64,000 bases of DNA from Laetmonice hystrix (GCA_965235115.1 OZ249436.1:44952001-45016000); one strand, 5' to 3'. Shown: positions 1-13,708, counted from the stretch's first letter. The notes: generated by a model from the letters alone, not told the origin. Program-made: numbers and translations.

Positions 1-149
1 TTTAGTGTAGGTACCTCGTTTATTTCACACTGTGTAGTGTAGGTACCTCGTTTATTTCACACTGTTTAGTGTAGGTACCTCGTTTATTTCACACTGTTTA
101 GTGTAGGTACCTCGTTTATTTCACACTGTTTAGTGTAGGTACCTCGTTT
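1..149. repeat. 32-bp minisatellite (cut by window edge)
   Basis: TTTAGTGTAGGTACCTCGTTTATTTCACACTG x ~4.6. Confidence 0.95.
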
Positions 150-568
150 GCTGCATAATGACGAACTAAATTATCCACCACCCGTTCTCTTACAAGGGGG
201 GAGAATGATTATATAACGGTTATATAATTACGTCTTCACACTACTTGTATTTAAATGAATCAATGAATATCAAACAGCATGTTCAGTAGAGTATTCTAAT
301 GGGATTAATAGCAATAAGAAGAGACATAAACACAGGTGATGCAAGAACAAACGTTGTCCTTTTTAGGCTACCTTCATAAATTCCAATGTTGCCAAATAAA
401 TCTTCAAGTTTATAGAAGAAAACTTCATCCTGAAAATGTCAACAGCTGGCTGTGACATGACGCCATCAGAAAACTTCAGTCGCTTTAAATTAATGACCGT
501 ATTTGGCCAGCAGATGCACATTGGCAGTTCTTTTAATCTTTCAATAGTTGTTAGGCAGTAGATACGGT

Positions 569-766
569 AGATTTTTGCTCCGAGATGCTCAGAAAACGCG
601 TCTCCGGCATTCCTGAAACAAAATTTCTGGGGGAGGGCCCCCAGATCTCCCTCCAGGGCCGCCTCGGTGGCCATGGATTATCCCCCCCGCCAACCTTCAG
701 CCCCCCCCCCCCCCGCCAACCTTCAGCCCCCCCCCCCCCAACCAAAAAGAGCTTCCTACGCCTATG
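569..766. mobile_element. 5'-truncated copy of the MITE family at 46344-46699
   Basis: Shares GAGATGCTCAGAAAACGC...AAAAAGAGCTTCCTACGCCTATG with 46540-46699. Confidence 0.8.
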
Positions 767-1955
767 CTTATCATTAGCTTGCTGAATGCTGTGCTAGACT
801 TTTAAAGTAAATATGAAGAGACATCGCCTGAAGCTCCATTTGTTGTGCATGTAAAGGATTTAAAACACAGCTTATAGTTTATACTGCCCTAAGCCTGAGA
901 TGATTGCATGTCCTGTCACAGACTGTACAGTAAAGGTGTCACACGGTTCCCGTTCAGACAAAAAGCTATGGCTTCCATTATAGGGAGCGTAAGTATGTCA
1001 CGTCACAATGCGTGAATCGACGAGAAATGCGGTTTGGAAGCCCAAACTGGCGACAGCCAAATTCCGGTTCCGTTCATTTAGGATTGGGAGGCCCATTAAA
1101 AAACGTTCTAACTGATAACTCCACAATTACTGTTCTCTTTGTTATCAAACTTACTATACATCAGAACCAACATCTCTTATGTTAGAAAAAATACACTTCA
1201 TACTTAAGAAAGTTTGAATTTCTAAAAGGCCGCTATTTGGAGAGGTGTACGCTCACCCAATGTTAAACCAGTGGGGAATTGTGACGTAACGGAAGTTGCA
1301 TATCGCCAGCGCTCTAACTAGGTCAAACCGAACCTCGTTTTCGGTCGCTAACAGGTTTGGCCACCGAGCCCCCGGTGGGGGCGCCCGTGTTGCAATGCCT
1401 TGGAAACCGTACCTATAGGAACAGTGTTAAGTGGGTTGGCGCTCAGTCATGGTCGGACTGAGCGTTTTACTTGAGCCAAAATGGAAATGTTTTATACATG
1501 GAATATTCCCAGTTTTGAAGGTACCTACATGACCGGGGGCTACCATCACAAGATAATTATCCAAAAACTGAAGTTGCTCTGGTCAGTGAACAGAACCTCA
1601 ATGTCGACCAACACTCAAGTGGGCCTACTGTGAATGTGACAAATGAGCTAACCAAACGGTTGATGTGATTGAGGATCTAATATGACTTGTTGACCCTAAA
1701 TTAAAGATACAGAGAACCCGATTGCACTACAAATTTACAATGGTCATTGCCTGGTAGTTAATGGGCATGCTTGGGGTACAATGATGCTCTAACAGTAATT
1801 TATATGCAGTCTTAGACTTTTGCTGGCTGGAGTCTGTATTAGTGGGGCCAAGAATTCCACGGCGTAGCATAACTATCTGCGGCACTACTTTTCTTCTGTA
1901 GCACCTGACCCGTGCTTTCTTGGCTGAATTCGTCTGATAAATTGGGCTTGGTCTA

Positions 1956-2170
1956 GGCCCCGGTTTCTGAAAGGCTCTAAGCAGCAAGCTTGAAGCTAAG
2001 CAGGGCTACGGTGGCCCACAGACACTGACCGTTTGACTTTTTACATCGAATTTCATGGATATTTTCACCGCGGTGGAAATGCTACAGCGGTGAAAAATTA
2101 CCACCATGGTTAAATTATTATCACTGTGAAAATATCATTGAAAATCAATCTAGAAAGTTAAAAACACTAA
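1956..2170. mobile_element. partial copy of the MITE family at 12862-13308
   Basis: GGCCCCGGTTTCTGAAAGGCTCTAAGCAGCAAGCTTGAAGCTAAGCAGGGCTACGGTGGCCCAC matches that element's TIR; right end missing. Confidence 0.65.
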
Positions 2171-2968
2171 AGGTCTATTTCCCCTTGGACCTTTAACAAA
2201 TAGCTTTGAAGGGGATCATGAGAAGTCTAGCGTCAAATGCCTAGGGCCAGATATCATCTAAATGATTGCCCGCTAGGCTTCAACTGTTTTAACATTAAAT
2301 GGTAATTTGGATGATTTCCGACTGACAGATCAGAGGGGAAGTGTCACATGTGTGGGACGCAGCCAGTTTGAAAGATGTTTAAGTAGCTTTATCGGGGAAA
2401 GAACAAGATGAATTCACTCTCGAACAGTTTCTGACACAAAATGAGTCATTATGACACAAAATGAGTCAGAATGAGATTTGTCAATTATTTTTCTCTTGAG
2501 ATGAATTTTATTTCAGTTTATCGTCGCGAATGTCATTATTAATCGCCATACTATACACATCAAGGTAACGAGATAAGGGCACACTAAACCCCGCCACATT
2601 ATGCGTTAACGAGCAGCAACGCTGATGGGCTGATACCAAGATTGGATTAACGTTTCCGGGAGGCCCAACCACGAAACGTGTCATTACTGTTGGATGTCTA
2701 TGAGAAACCTTAAGTGGCAATGGCCGCACACTTGCTGTTGTAGCGATTCGATCTGTGATGTTGGTATTAGTTAGATTAAATGTCTCCTTGATTGGATTGC
2801 CGATAGGAATAGGAAAGTCTGTGCTAATTTCCAGCCAAGAATATCGCGGCTGCTCACTGCGTGGAACTGCTCCCAGGCAAACTGTTGAATGAGTACTATT
2901 GGCAGTGTAGGCTTTCTTCCTGAGTAGTTCTCTTTACCTTACCGTTGATCTCAACCCTGAGGAAAACC

Positions 2969-3223
2969 CAGTGGCGTCTCAAGAAGTTTTTAAGGGGGGG
3001 GGGGGGGTCCGAAGTTTAGGTACTTCAGAGATGGCCATTAGGTCATGCTCCTTTGGAAAATTAAAAAAGAAACCATCAAATAATGCAATCTCGGGACATC
3101 TTGTGTGGAAATATGAAGAGCTCCTATGGTTAAGACAAATATGTCTTTAATATAGTAATTTTTTCAACGGGTGGGGTGGGGGGGGGGGGGGCTGGTACTT
3201 GGAACCCCCTGGATATGCCACTG
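2969..3223. mobile_element. MITE with CAGTGGC..GCCACTG ends and 5-bp TSD
   Basis: AAACC on both flanks; internal poly-G runs. Confidence 0.75.
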
Positions 3224-3373
3224 AAACCGTATCACAGCAAATAAGAGAATCTTTAAACAATCATCAGGGGTGTAGATATATTAATTATGTGCCATGCCTG
3301 ATTGATTTAAATGTGTCCATGGGTTCTTTAGACTTCCGCAATCAGAGTTGGAAACCGGAAACTCTCTCCCCTA

Positions 3374-3380
<7 letters not shown>

Positions 3381-3420
<40 letters not shown>
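3381..3420. repeat. (CT)n microsatellite
   Basis: direct reading. Confidence 0.95.
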
Positions 3421-3422
<2 letters not shown>

Positions 3423-3917
3423 GTTTGATCCCGAATAGGAGAGATTATATACAGTAAAAAAACCTACACAGTTCTGGGAGAAGATGACAGAGTTAACTAG
3501 GGCAAAAGAACTAAACCTAAACCCGCTTGAAGTGTAAAATGTGTTCATTTAGTGTCGAAATGGCTTATTAATTTGGGTAATTCTTCAAGTCGTGAAGCTG
3601 GCTCTAATGGAATTGATGTGAACACGTTGTTTTTCTAGATTTTTTCCTTTATCATTCACTAAGTGTTACCGTGCAACTCTCCATTAGATCGAATCACACA
3701 AGTTTGAGAAGAGAAGCCATTTAAAGACGTTCTAATTATTACTTTACGATCAGCATATTCCATCTCACCAGCCAAAACCTCTCGTATTAATGGAATTCAA
3801 ATCCTCATCGAGGAGCCAACACGTCGGATCAGATATCAACTATTTTCCCCTCATCTCTTTCCTTGAAAGCTCATCCAAACCTCTACATCCGGTCCCAGAT
3901 CCCCTCTAAAAACTTAT

Positions 3918-4836
3918 CCCTAGTCCTAGCCCTGCCCTAACCTAGCCCTGCCCTAACCTTGGCCCTCCCCCTAACCCTAGCCCTGCCCTAACCTTGGCCC
4001 TACCCTAACCCGAGCCCTGCCCTAACCTTGGCCCTACCCTAACCCGAGCCCTGCCCTAACCTTGGCCCTACCCTAACCCGAGCCCTGCCCTAACCTTGGC
4101 CCTGCCCTAACCTAGCCCTGCCCTAACCTTGGCCCTGCCCTAACCTAGCCCTGCCCTAACCTTGGCCCTCCCCCTCCCCCTAGCCCTGCCCTAACCTTGG
4201 CCCTACTCTAACCCTAGCCCTGCCCTAACCTTGGCCCTACCCTAACCCTAGCCCTGCCCTAACCTTAGCCCTACCCTAACCCTAGCCCTGCCCTAACCTT
4301 GGCCCTACCCTAACCCTAGCCCTGCCCTAACCTTGGCCCTACCCTAACCCTAGCCCTGCCCTAACCTTGGCCCTCCCCCTCCCCCTAGCCCTGCCCTAAC
4401 CTTGGCCCTACCCTAACCCTAGCCCTGCCCTAACCTTGGCCCTCCCCCTAACCCTAGCCCTGCCCTAACCTTGGCCCTACCCTAACCCTAGCCCTGCCCT
4501 AACCTTGGCCCTACCCTAACCCGAGCCCTGCCCTAACCTTGGCCCTACCCTAACCCTAGCCCTGCCCTAACCTTGACCCTACCCTAACCCTAGCCCTGCC
4601 CTAACCTTGGATCTACCCTAACCCGAGCCCTGCCCTAACCTTGGCCCTACCCTAACCCTAGCCCTGCCCTAACCTTGGCCCTACCCTAACCTGAGCCCTG
4701 CCCTAACCTTGGCCCTCCCCCTAACCCTAGCCCTGCCCTAACCTTGACCCTACCCTAACCCTAGCCCTGCCCTAACCTTGGATCTACCCTAACCCGAGCC
4801 CTGCCCTAACCTTGGCCCTACCCTAACCCTAGCCTA
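3918..4836. repeat. 34-bp telomere-like minisatellite
   Basis: CCCTAA-CCCTAG-CCCTG-CCCTAA-CCTTGG-CCCTA x ~27. Confidence 0.95.
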
Positions 4837-4979
4837 TAATCCTAGGTATTCAACATTGAGGGTACAATACCAGTAAGACATTTCTGCTGTCTGATGAATC
4901 CTACCAAGAGCATGTCATTCCAGTCACTGATGACTGAACAGCAGTTGTTCTTAGACAGCGTGTCTGACGCGCACTTCAA

Positions 4980-5828
4980 TTAGCTAGATGCATACATTGT
5001 GCAGCCAACAGTTTCATTAGCCAGAAGCATACATTGTGCAGCCAGCAGTTTCATTAGCCAGATGCATACATTGTGCAGCCAGCAGTTTCATTAGCTAGAT
5101 GCATACATTGTGCAGCCAGCAGTTTCATTAGCCAGAAGCATACATTGTGCAGCCAGCAGTTTCATTAGCTAGATGCATACATTGTGCAGCCAGCAGTTTC
5201 ATTAGCCAGAAGCATACATTGTGCAGCCAGCAGTTTCATTAGCCAGATGCATACATTGTGCAGACAGCAATTTCATTAGCCAGATGCATACATTGTGCAG
5301 CCAGCAGTTTCATTAGCCAGATGCATACATTGTGCAGACAGCAGTTTCATTAGCCAGAAGCATACATTGTGCAGCCAGCAGTTTCATTAGCCAGATGCAT
5401 ACATTGTGCAGCCAGCAGTTTCATTAGCCAGAAGCATACATTGTGCAGCCAGCAGTTTCATTAGCCAGATGCATACATTGTGCAGCCAGCAGTTTCATTA
5501 GCCAGATGCATACATTGTGCAGCCAGCAGTTTCATTAGCCAGAAGCATACATTGTGCAGCCAGCAGTTTCATTAGCCAGATGCATACATTGTGCAGCCAG
5601 CAATTTTATCAGCCAGAAGCATACATTGTGCAGCCAGCAGTTTCATTAGCCAGATGCATACATTGTGCAGCCAGCAATTTTATCAGCCAGATGCATACAT
5701 TGTGCAGCCAGCAGTTTCATTAGCCAGATGCATACATTGTGCAGCCAGCAGTTTCATTAGCCAGATGCATACATTGTGCAGCCAGCAATTTTATCAGCCA
5801 GAAGCATACATTGTGCAGCCAGCAGTTT
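4980..5828. repeat. 37-bp minisatellite
   Basis: TTAGCCAGATGCATACATTGTGCAGCCAGCAGTTTCA x ~23. Confidence 0.95.
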
Positions 5829-6925
5829 TCAATAAAAGGACGCCATGACATATTACAGAAAGCTTAATAAATAGTGACATAAAAAGCAAATATAATACAT
5901 AAATATAATACATACAATACAGGTCTTTTCTCTTTTCGTTCATACCAAAAATATGATATTAGTGCAAAGGATAGTCAGCACTGTATTCCGGGGCTCCTTT
6001 CTTATGCCTCCTGTACATACATAAAGTGTTTACTTAGTTGGGAGATAAACAATATTAACTAATTTAGCAAAGAGAAGCGTAATAAATGAGAGCCATGAAT
6101 GGCTATATGTCCCCACACAGTGCTCCTCTGCCCATGGCAAGAAATAATGGCAGTGAGACTATATTTCGGAAACTAGGAGACTTAGTGACGAAAACTACAT
6201 TATCTATCAATGCCAGTATTACCATTTCTTTCAATTCGACAAAACATCTTAAAATTGGCAGATCTTTTTGTTGATGACATAATTTGATAGTTTACTCATC
6301 ATATATGTAAACCTCCTTAACTTCCATGACAATATATCAGACTGGGGCGTGGAGAGATTTCAAATGTATTTTTGTATTTAAATTCGCTAGATGGCAAACA
6401 CATAAAAATCACGAAGATGCTTGCTATAATTGATTAGTCAGCTAATTATAGGTATCTCTGCGCTGCATGTTGATTTCCCTACACTATAGTTGCAATAATT
6501 ATATACTATATGTCACGTATGTCTACATATTGTCATATCAAGCATCCTGTTGGGATGAGCAAGATAAACTTTGGTGAGATAAGGGACAGGCATCTTCTCA
6601 TCAGGTTTAAATCTTATGGAATACAAAATGTATCTGTTCCCGCCCGGCCGCCCGATTTTGGTATGGTTGGCGGTGGTGGAGAAAAATCAAGACTGCATTG
6701 ATGTATCTTTAAAGGTATTCCGTTGTCAACTAGAAATTGTTCAGTCCGAACAGGACGTCTCCCCTTTTTTAAAGTAATGACATCATATAATTTTTGAGAG
6801 AGGACTAATTAGTATGAAAGTAGTGTGTTGCAAAAGCAATGATATAGCTATGGCAGATTTTCTATGCGAAAGAAAAGATTAACTAGTTGCGAGGTGCCCA
6901 GGGCACAGGTATCCCATTCACCAGT

Positions 6926-7620
6926 CAATGGTGTTAAAATCGGAAATTAGGTCAACTTGGCCGCCATCTTGGATTTTTCAAATTCTGTTCAAATGGGTCA
7001 AGTTTTCCATCCTAACCCCAATGGTGAAAACCAGACGTTGATATCTTTAACCGTTTTAGAGATATTACTGATTTTTGGTTGAAAATGACCTAAAAGGGCC
7101 AACTTTGAAGAGCCATAACTTGGAAGCTATTGATTTTAGGGGAGCCATCTCGGTGTCAGAGACAGCTGACCTATTACCCAATCCAATGGTGTTAAAATCG
7201 GAAATTAGGTCAACTTGGCCGCCATCTTGGATTTTTCAAATTCAGGGAAAATGGCTCAAGGTTTTCATCCCAAACCCAATGGTCAAAACCAGACATTGAT
7301 ATCTTTAACCGTTTTCGAGGTATCACTGATGTTTGGTTGAAAATAACCTAAAAGGGCCAACTTTGAGGGGCCATAAGATGGAAACTATCGAATTTAGGGG
7401 AGCCATCTCGGTGTCAGAGATAGTGGACCTATTACCCAATCCAATGGTGCTGAAATTGGAAATTAGGTCAACTTGGCCGCCATCTTGGATTTTTCAAATT
7501 CGCTGAGGATGGGTCAAGTTTTTTATGCTAAACCCAAAGGTGAAACCCAGACATTGATATCTTTAACCGTTTTCGAGATATCACTGATCTTTGGTTGAAA
7601 ATTACCTAAAAAGGGTCATT
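6926..7620. repeat. ~258-bp tandem repeat (~2.7 copies) inside Helentron-like element
   Basis: CAATGGTG..AAATTAGGTCAACTTGGCCGCCATCTTGG recurs at ~6926, ~7184 and ~7442. Confidence 0.85.
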
Positions 7621-7629
7621 AAGCCAGAT

Positions 7630-8490
7630 GGGGTCACGTGACAGCATTTAAATTGACGTAAATTGAAAACTCATATATGATTTTCCATATGAGTTTAATA
7701 GGAACCATGGACCCATCTGGCTCTGTTTCTAAGTTACAGCCATCTTAAAATACCAATGACGTCATAGGGCAACGTAGGGTCACGTGACCTAACTAAAAAT
7801 GGTGTCATTTGAAAGGCCATATATGACTTCCTATGGGTATCACTAGTACGTATGGGCCTATCTGGCTCTTTTTCCAAGTTACTGCCAGCTGAAAACACTG
7901 ATGACGTCATACAGCCATATATGGTCACATGACCTAATTAAAAATGGTGTCATTTGAAAGGCCATATATGACTTCCTATCTGTCTACAATAGTAACTATG
8001 GGCCTATCTGGCTCTGTTTCCAAGTTATTGCTAATTGAAAATACCGATGATGTCATAGAGTCACGTAGGGTCACGTGACCTAATTAAAAATGGTGTCATT
8101 TTAAAGGCCATATATGACTTCCTATATGTCTACAATAGTAACTATGGGCCTATCTGGCTCTGTTTCCAAGTTATTGCTAATTGAAAATACCGATGATGTC
8201 ATAGAGTCACGTAGGGTCACGTGACCTAATTAAAAATTGTGTCATTTTAAAGGCCGTAATGACTTCCTATCTGTCTTCAATAGTAACTATGGGCCGATCT
8301 GGCTCTATTTCCATGTTACTGCTAATTGAAAATACTGATGACGTCATAGAGTCACGTAGGGTCACGTGACCTAATTAAAAATGGTGTAATTTTAAAGGCC
8401 ATATATGACTCCTATCTGTCTTCAATAGTAACTATGGGCCTATCTGGCTCTATTGCCAAGTTACTGCTAGCTGAAAATACCGATGACGAT
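7630..8490. repeat. ~146-bp tandem repeat (~6 copies) inside Helentron-like element
   Basis: GGGTCACGTGACCTAATTAAAAATGGTGTCATT-like motif recurs at ~7777, 7923, 8068, 8214 and 8359. Confidence 0.85.
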
Positions 8491-8622
8491 AAGGTATGTA
8501 TGTATGTGGGTAGGGGTGTGGGTGTGTGTGTGCGATGTGCTGGCTGTGGTAAAGGAGTTGGTGGTTGTTGGTGGAGCGTGGAAGTGTTATGTAACTCAGT
8601 TGTGGGATCTGCGGTGGTGGGG

Positions 8623-8860
8623 TATGGAAATACCGGCGACGACATGCGAGATGCGAGAAGCGACATGGAACCGAACAGTGTCAATTTAGCACATAGAATG
8701 TTTCTTATTGACACCGACATCACGATCCACTGCTCAATTAGTGCCTATTTAACAATAATTTTGGGGCTAAAGTGAAAACTAACACTAACCGTAGGCCTAA
8801 CCTTTACCCTAACCCAAACACACTGTCTCGCATCTCGCATGTCGTCGCCGGTATTCCATA
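8623..8860. mobile_element. MITE nested in Helentron-like element
   Basis: ~35-bp TIRs TATGGAAATACCGGCGACGACATGCGAGATGCGAGA / TCTCGCATCTCGCATGTCGTCGCCGGTATTCCATA; flanking direct repeat GGTGGGG. Confidence 0.75.
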
Positions 8861-9837
8861 GGTGGGGGACGGGCGGCCGGCCCGTGTAGGGGTTTGGTGG
8901 GGAGTTACCACGGCTGAGAAGGACGCCTGACTGGGGATTGGCGGGAGTTGCTAGGGACAACGGCTGAGAACAGGCGCACAGGCCAGTGACTGGGAGCGGG
9001 CCCGCTGGCGAATTTTTTTTCCCACGCTAGTTCTGGATACTCATTAGCATACAGCCAATCAGAAACAAGTTGTTTACGCGCTGTGTAAGCCGCATAAGTC
9101 GGAAACTATTAACTGTAGAGAAAAACACTTAATGTAGCGGTTGTAGGCAAAGACCTGGAGATTCTTCTCCACCAAGTTTCATAAAGATACGGTCAGGGGT
9201 TTGGGATATATAAAAGGCTTCTCTAAGGTTGGCACGGTACTGAGGTCAAAGGTCATGAAGTGCTAAAAATAGCAAAATCCCGAGAAAATATCCACAGTTG
9301 TCTTTTCCCCAAATTAGGACTTTCTAGCCCCGGTAGTTTTTGAGCTGACGTCAAGTAAGCGCCCAACCACTTCGAAAATGTTGAAGGTCACACAGAGGTC
9401 ATCTGGGGTCACAGGAACGTGTCCTCCGGGAAATCTAAATTTGGCACATAGATGACCCTGCTGACCAAATTTGATGTTATTCCAGCCAGTATTTTCCGAG
9501 TTATGGCTTTGGCAAAAAAATGGCACGTGCCATTTTTTTTAGATCAGCCGCCATCTTGAAAGTTCTGGGTCAACCAAACTGGTTTTCGAACTTGTCCAAG
9601 CCCCGGATGAAAGAAGGCCGACATACCAATTTTGGATCGATTCAGGCTATTTTTCTCGCGTTATCGTGATCACAGCACAAGTTGGCACATTCGTGCCACA
9701 GAAGAGGTCAAAGGTCAAATGGCACTATAAGTACAAACAAAGATTTTTCAGAAGGTTCTGTCGGGCCATTTCAAATTTGATAACTCCCTCTCTAACAGTG
9801 GCCGAGTTATTCCAAAAAGAAGAAAATAAAAGAAACA

Positions 9838-9888
<51 letters not shown>

Positions 9889-10019
9889 CGGTCAGAAACA
9901 GCGTGCAAAACAAAACGTCTCCCCCAGCTGGGGGGAGACGTAAATATCCATCCCCCCGGATTGGCTGTCTTCCATACCCCCAGCCCTGGGTGAGCCCACC
10001 TTGCCAAACTCCGAAATCT

Positions 10020-10930
10020 TCGAACTGCATGTTCTGTGCCTCCTGTCAGACCTCCCGTTACGGACTGTATCAATGTTCTCTGGGGTTCGAACTGTTCTGT
10101 GCCTGCCAGATACGGACTACATCAATGTTCTCTGGGGTTCGAACTGTTCTGTGCCTGCCAGACCTCCCTATACGGACTGTATCGATGTTCTCTGGGGTTC
10201 GAACTGTTCTGTGCCTCCTGCCTGACCTCCCTTTACGGACTGTATCGATGTTCTCTGGGGTTCGAACTGTTCTGTGCCTCCTGTCAGACCTCCCTATACG
10301 GACTGTATCGATGTTCTCTGGGGTTTGAACTGTTCTGTGCCTCCTGCCAGACCTCCCTTTACGGACTGTATCAATGTTCTCTGGGGTTCGAACTGTTCTG
10401 TGCCTGTCAGACCTCCCTATACGGACTGTATCGATATTCTCTGGGGTTCGAACTGTTCTGTGCCTGCCAGATACGGACTACATCAATGTTCTCTGGGGTT
10501 CGAACTGTTCTGTGCCTGCCAGACCTCCCTATACGGACTGTATCGATGTTCTCTGGGTTTCGAACTGTTCTGTGCCTGCCAGACCTCCCTATACGGACTG
10601 TATCGATGTTCTCTGGGGTTTGAACTGTTCTGTGCCTGCCAGATACGGACTACATCAATGTTCTCTGGGGTTCGAACTGTTCTGTGCCTGCCAGACCTCC
10701 CTTTACGGACTGTATCGATGTTCTCTGGGGTTCGAACTGTTCGGTGCCTGCCAGACCTCCCTATACGGACTGTATCGATGTTCTCTGGGGTTCGAACTGT
10801 TCGGTGCCTGCCAGATACGGACTACATCAATGTTCTCTGGGGTTCGAACTGTTCTGTGCCTGCCAGACCTCCCTATACGGACTGTATCGATGTTCTCTGG
10901 GGTTCGAACTGTTCGGTGCCTGCCAGACCA
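10020..10930. repeat. 52/60/63-bp minisatellite
   Basis: GTTCTCTGGGGTTCGAACTGTTCTGTGCCTGCCAGACCTCCCTATACGGACTGTATCGAT variants x ~15. Confidence 0.95.
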
Positions 10931-12861
10931 CTCTTTGTTTACATTGAGAACGGTTTCTCTCGGCTCGGAATTTCTCCACAACCTTCCAGATGGTGTTTTA
11001 TCGTCGCCAGTCTCGTCTCAAAATGATGGCAGTATGCCCGTTGAACTTTAATAATCGATTTTGTCACGTAGTACAATTCGACCAGTTTTCCCTCTTTGTT
11101 CTGTGGAGAGCGGCATACAGTTTCAATCAATCTTCAAGACACATCGAAATAAACTCTCATTAGTTGTCGTCATTGTCTGACAAACAGGAAGGTAACAAAT
11201 GAAGTAATGAGAATTATTTTTTATCATGTTTTTTTGCGTTCACTGTATAGCATACGTAGTCTATTTAAATAGGGAGCCTGTACCAGATTTATTCGATCCC
11301 TCTCCGGGCTCATACCGACCGAGTTTTTACATAGCGCTAGCTGAAGAGAGTACTGACTCATGCCATCCAATTGTGGCCACAAAGTCACACCAGATCAGAT
11401 ATAGCACATATTTATGACAAAGGCTACAGAAGGTTTTTTTTCTTTAATATGGTGTCTGTGATAGGCGCCGGTTGAAACAAAGACCGAAAGAGATGCCACA
11501 CTTTATTGTAGTCCATCACATTCTCGTGGCTTCAGGCCATTACCAGATAACATGTCCAAGTCACGGCCTTTTCTTATTAGAGGTGGCACTCTATATCATT
11601 TCTTTTTCAGCTTTAAGTGTTATTCTCATAGACCACTTTCAGATGCCAATACAGTAAATGCGGCCAATAATAAGATTGCTGTGCACCTCTTGCATACCTG
11701 CTATCTATCTGATGTTGTTTGCAGGAGCACATAATACACAACAGAACTATGGTACACGTCGCTATAAACACGGTTAAAAAACACGAGTAAAAGGCCTGTC
11801 TGCCTTACCTCATTGACGTGCCGTCCCTGGTTGATTAGATCACTACAGGCCTGGAAAACATTCTGACAAATTTGGGATTGATATGGGGTGTAATCACGAA
11901 ACAAATACCAAGAGATTTGTAGATGAATGAGAGTGTATGCGAGGCATCTAATGATGTACACAGTTGGTGACTCTCTGAGGAGCCTATCAAAGGCGACGAC
12001 TGGGACGAGGGCGGGTGTGGGGAAGTGGTTGTTGGCGGATGAGGTCGGATTGTTCCAGTCGGAGTTCTCTCATTGACCCTCCCCAGTGCTCCGGACCTGG
12101 TCCCGCCCCCCTTCAATGTCCCGCCGTGTTAGCAGGGTGTTCAGTGTTTCTTTCAAGAATATTGTCTCGTCTTCATCTGTCCTACAATTGTCCCATTCAC
12201 AATTGTTCTCATCTGCATGAAGTGTTCCTCAATTCTCCGTCTGTAACTTCTTCACTTGTCACGTAATAAGCTAAGTGCTTCCGTTGTCCTATTCCCCGTT
12301 TTCTACTAATGAGATACGCTGTGAATGACGAATGACACTTTTTCTGTGTTCATTTTGCTTCAGCTTTTTGACATGTGCTGTCTCATCTACTGCTCTCCTC
12401 TTCTTTCCGGTGACTTAACTCTCAGTCAAAGTCCATCACTGGAAAAACTTATTGACAAAAAATCCTTAGAAAGATCATCTCTCTATGTTATACTCTGTGA
12501 CGCCTGGTAAGTTCCCGTTTACTACCCTCGCTTTGTACGGTGAACAGCCCACTTGGTTTTATCAAATGTGTGTCTGCCACAGAAAATAGGTTCATCTCTG
12601 CCGTAAAACAAGTTGAAAATATAGACTACGCGAAGAAAGTCGGTGCCACGGTGCTGATTCCCGCTGGGATCATGGAGACAAGCCCCTGTTACTCGGCAAT
12701 ACTCTAATCGTACTCCGCCGTGAAGATGGCCTTAAATACCGCTACTGTAATCTGAGTCTCACCAGGCCATAAATCTTTGAAAAAGAAAATCCTTTCATAA
12801 GCTTATTAAGTTGTTTTCTTAGGGCAAAATAATCTTACTATGACGAGAATGCTGTCTCCTC

Positions 12862-13308
12862 CAGGGCCGGGGTTCAGAAAATCTCTCAGCAGCAAGCATA
12901 AAGCTAAGCAGAGCTGCGGCAGCCCAGTGTTTTAACTGTCCAGATTGATTGGCATCGATATTTTCACAGTGATAATAATTTAACCGCGTGGTGGTAATAT
13001 TTCACCAAGTCAGGGTTTCCTGGAGATTTTCGACTTTTTTAGGGGGGGGGGGGGGTGGTGCGAGTTTGGGGGGAGAGAGTTTTGGGGGGGGGGTAGTAGC
13101 TGAATAATGGGGGGGTCTCACCCCCCCCCCCCAAAAAAAAAAAAAAGGGCCTGCAGGAAACCGTGCAAGTGCATATTTCCACTACCGTAAAATTAATATC
13201 TTAAATAAAATCAAGGTAGAAAGTTAAAGTGTCTGTGTCCTCGTGGGCCACCGTAGCCCTGCTTAGCTTAAAGCTTGCTGCTTATAGCCTTTCTGAAACC
13301 AGGGCCTG
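12862..13308. mobile_element. PIF/Harbinger(Tourist)-like MITE
   Basis: ~60-bp imperfect TIRs GGCCGGGGTTCAGAAAA..AGCAGCAAGC..GCTAAGCAG / CTGCTTAGC..GCTTGCTGCT..TTTCTGAAACCAGGGCC. Confidence 0.7.
13011..13165. mobile_element. small MITE with 5-bp TSD nested in another MITE
   Basis: CAGGGTTTCCTG...CAGGAAACCGTG; CAAGT on both flanks. Confidence 0.75.
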
Positions 13309-13507
13309 GACCCGTCACAGATGACGTTTGTTTTCCTGAAAACTGGTCACCATCAGCGTCAGCAGGTGATGTGCCACTCAACATCCCCTGAGGTTATATC
13401 CTACTAATAAAATACCGGGCAGTTTGCTGACAGCACGTAAACCCACCTACCCACTACCACGGACCCTGTTTGGCTGTTTAGAGAGGCGATGAATGGGGCA
13501 AAGGCTG

Positions 13508-13708
13508 TAGCAGAGTTAGGTTTAGCAGAGTGGGTTTAGCAGAGTTGGGTTTAGCAGAGTTAGGTTTAGCAGAGTTGGGTTTAGCAGAGTTAAGTTTAGC
13601 AGAGTTGGGTTTAGCAGAGTTGGGTTTAGCAGAGTTAGGTTTAGCAGAGTTAGGTTTAGCAGAGTTAAGTTTAGCAGAGTTAAGTTTAGCAGAGTTAGGT
13701 TTAGCAGA
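13508..13708. repeat. 15-bp minisatellite
   Basis: AGCAGAGTTRRGTTT x ~13. Confidence 0.95.

Larger units (their letters stand above)
6881..9944 (-). mobile_element. probable non-autonomous Helentron/Helitron-like element with internal tandem repeats
   Basis: Minus strand: TT + terminal stem-loop (9915-9941), (TTTC)n microsatellite, internal ~146-bp and ~258-bp repeat arrays, 3' palindrome GTGCCCTGGGCAC and CTAG-TT end; no TSD. Confidence 0.6.

Noticed and set aside
9666..11051. Overlapping 200-250 aa ORFs
   Set aside because: Derived from a microsatellite plus a 52-63-bp array.
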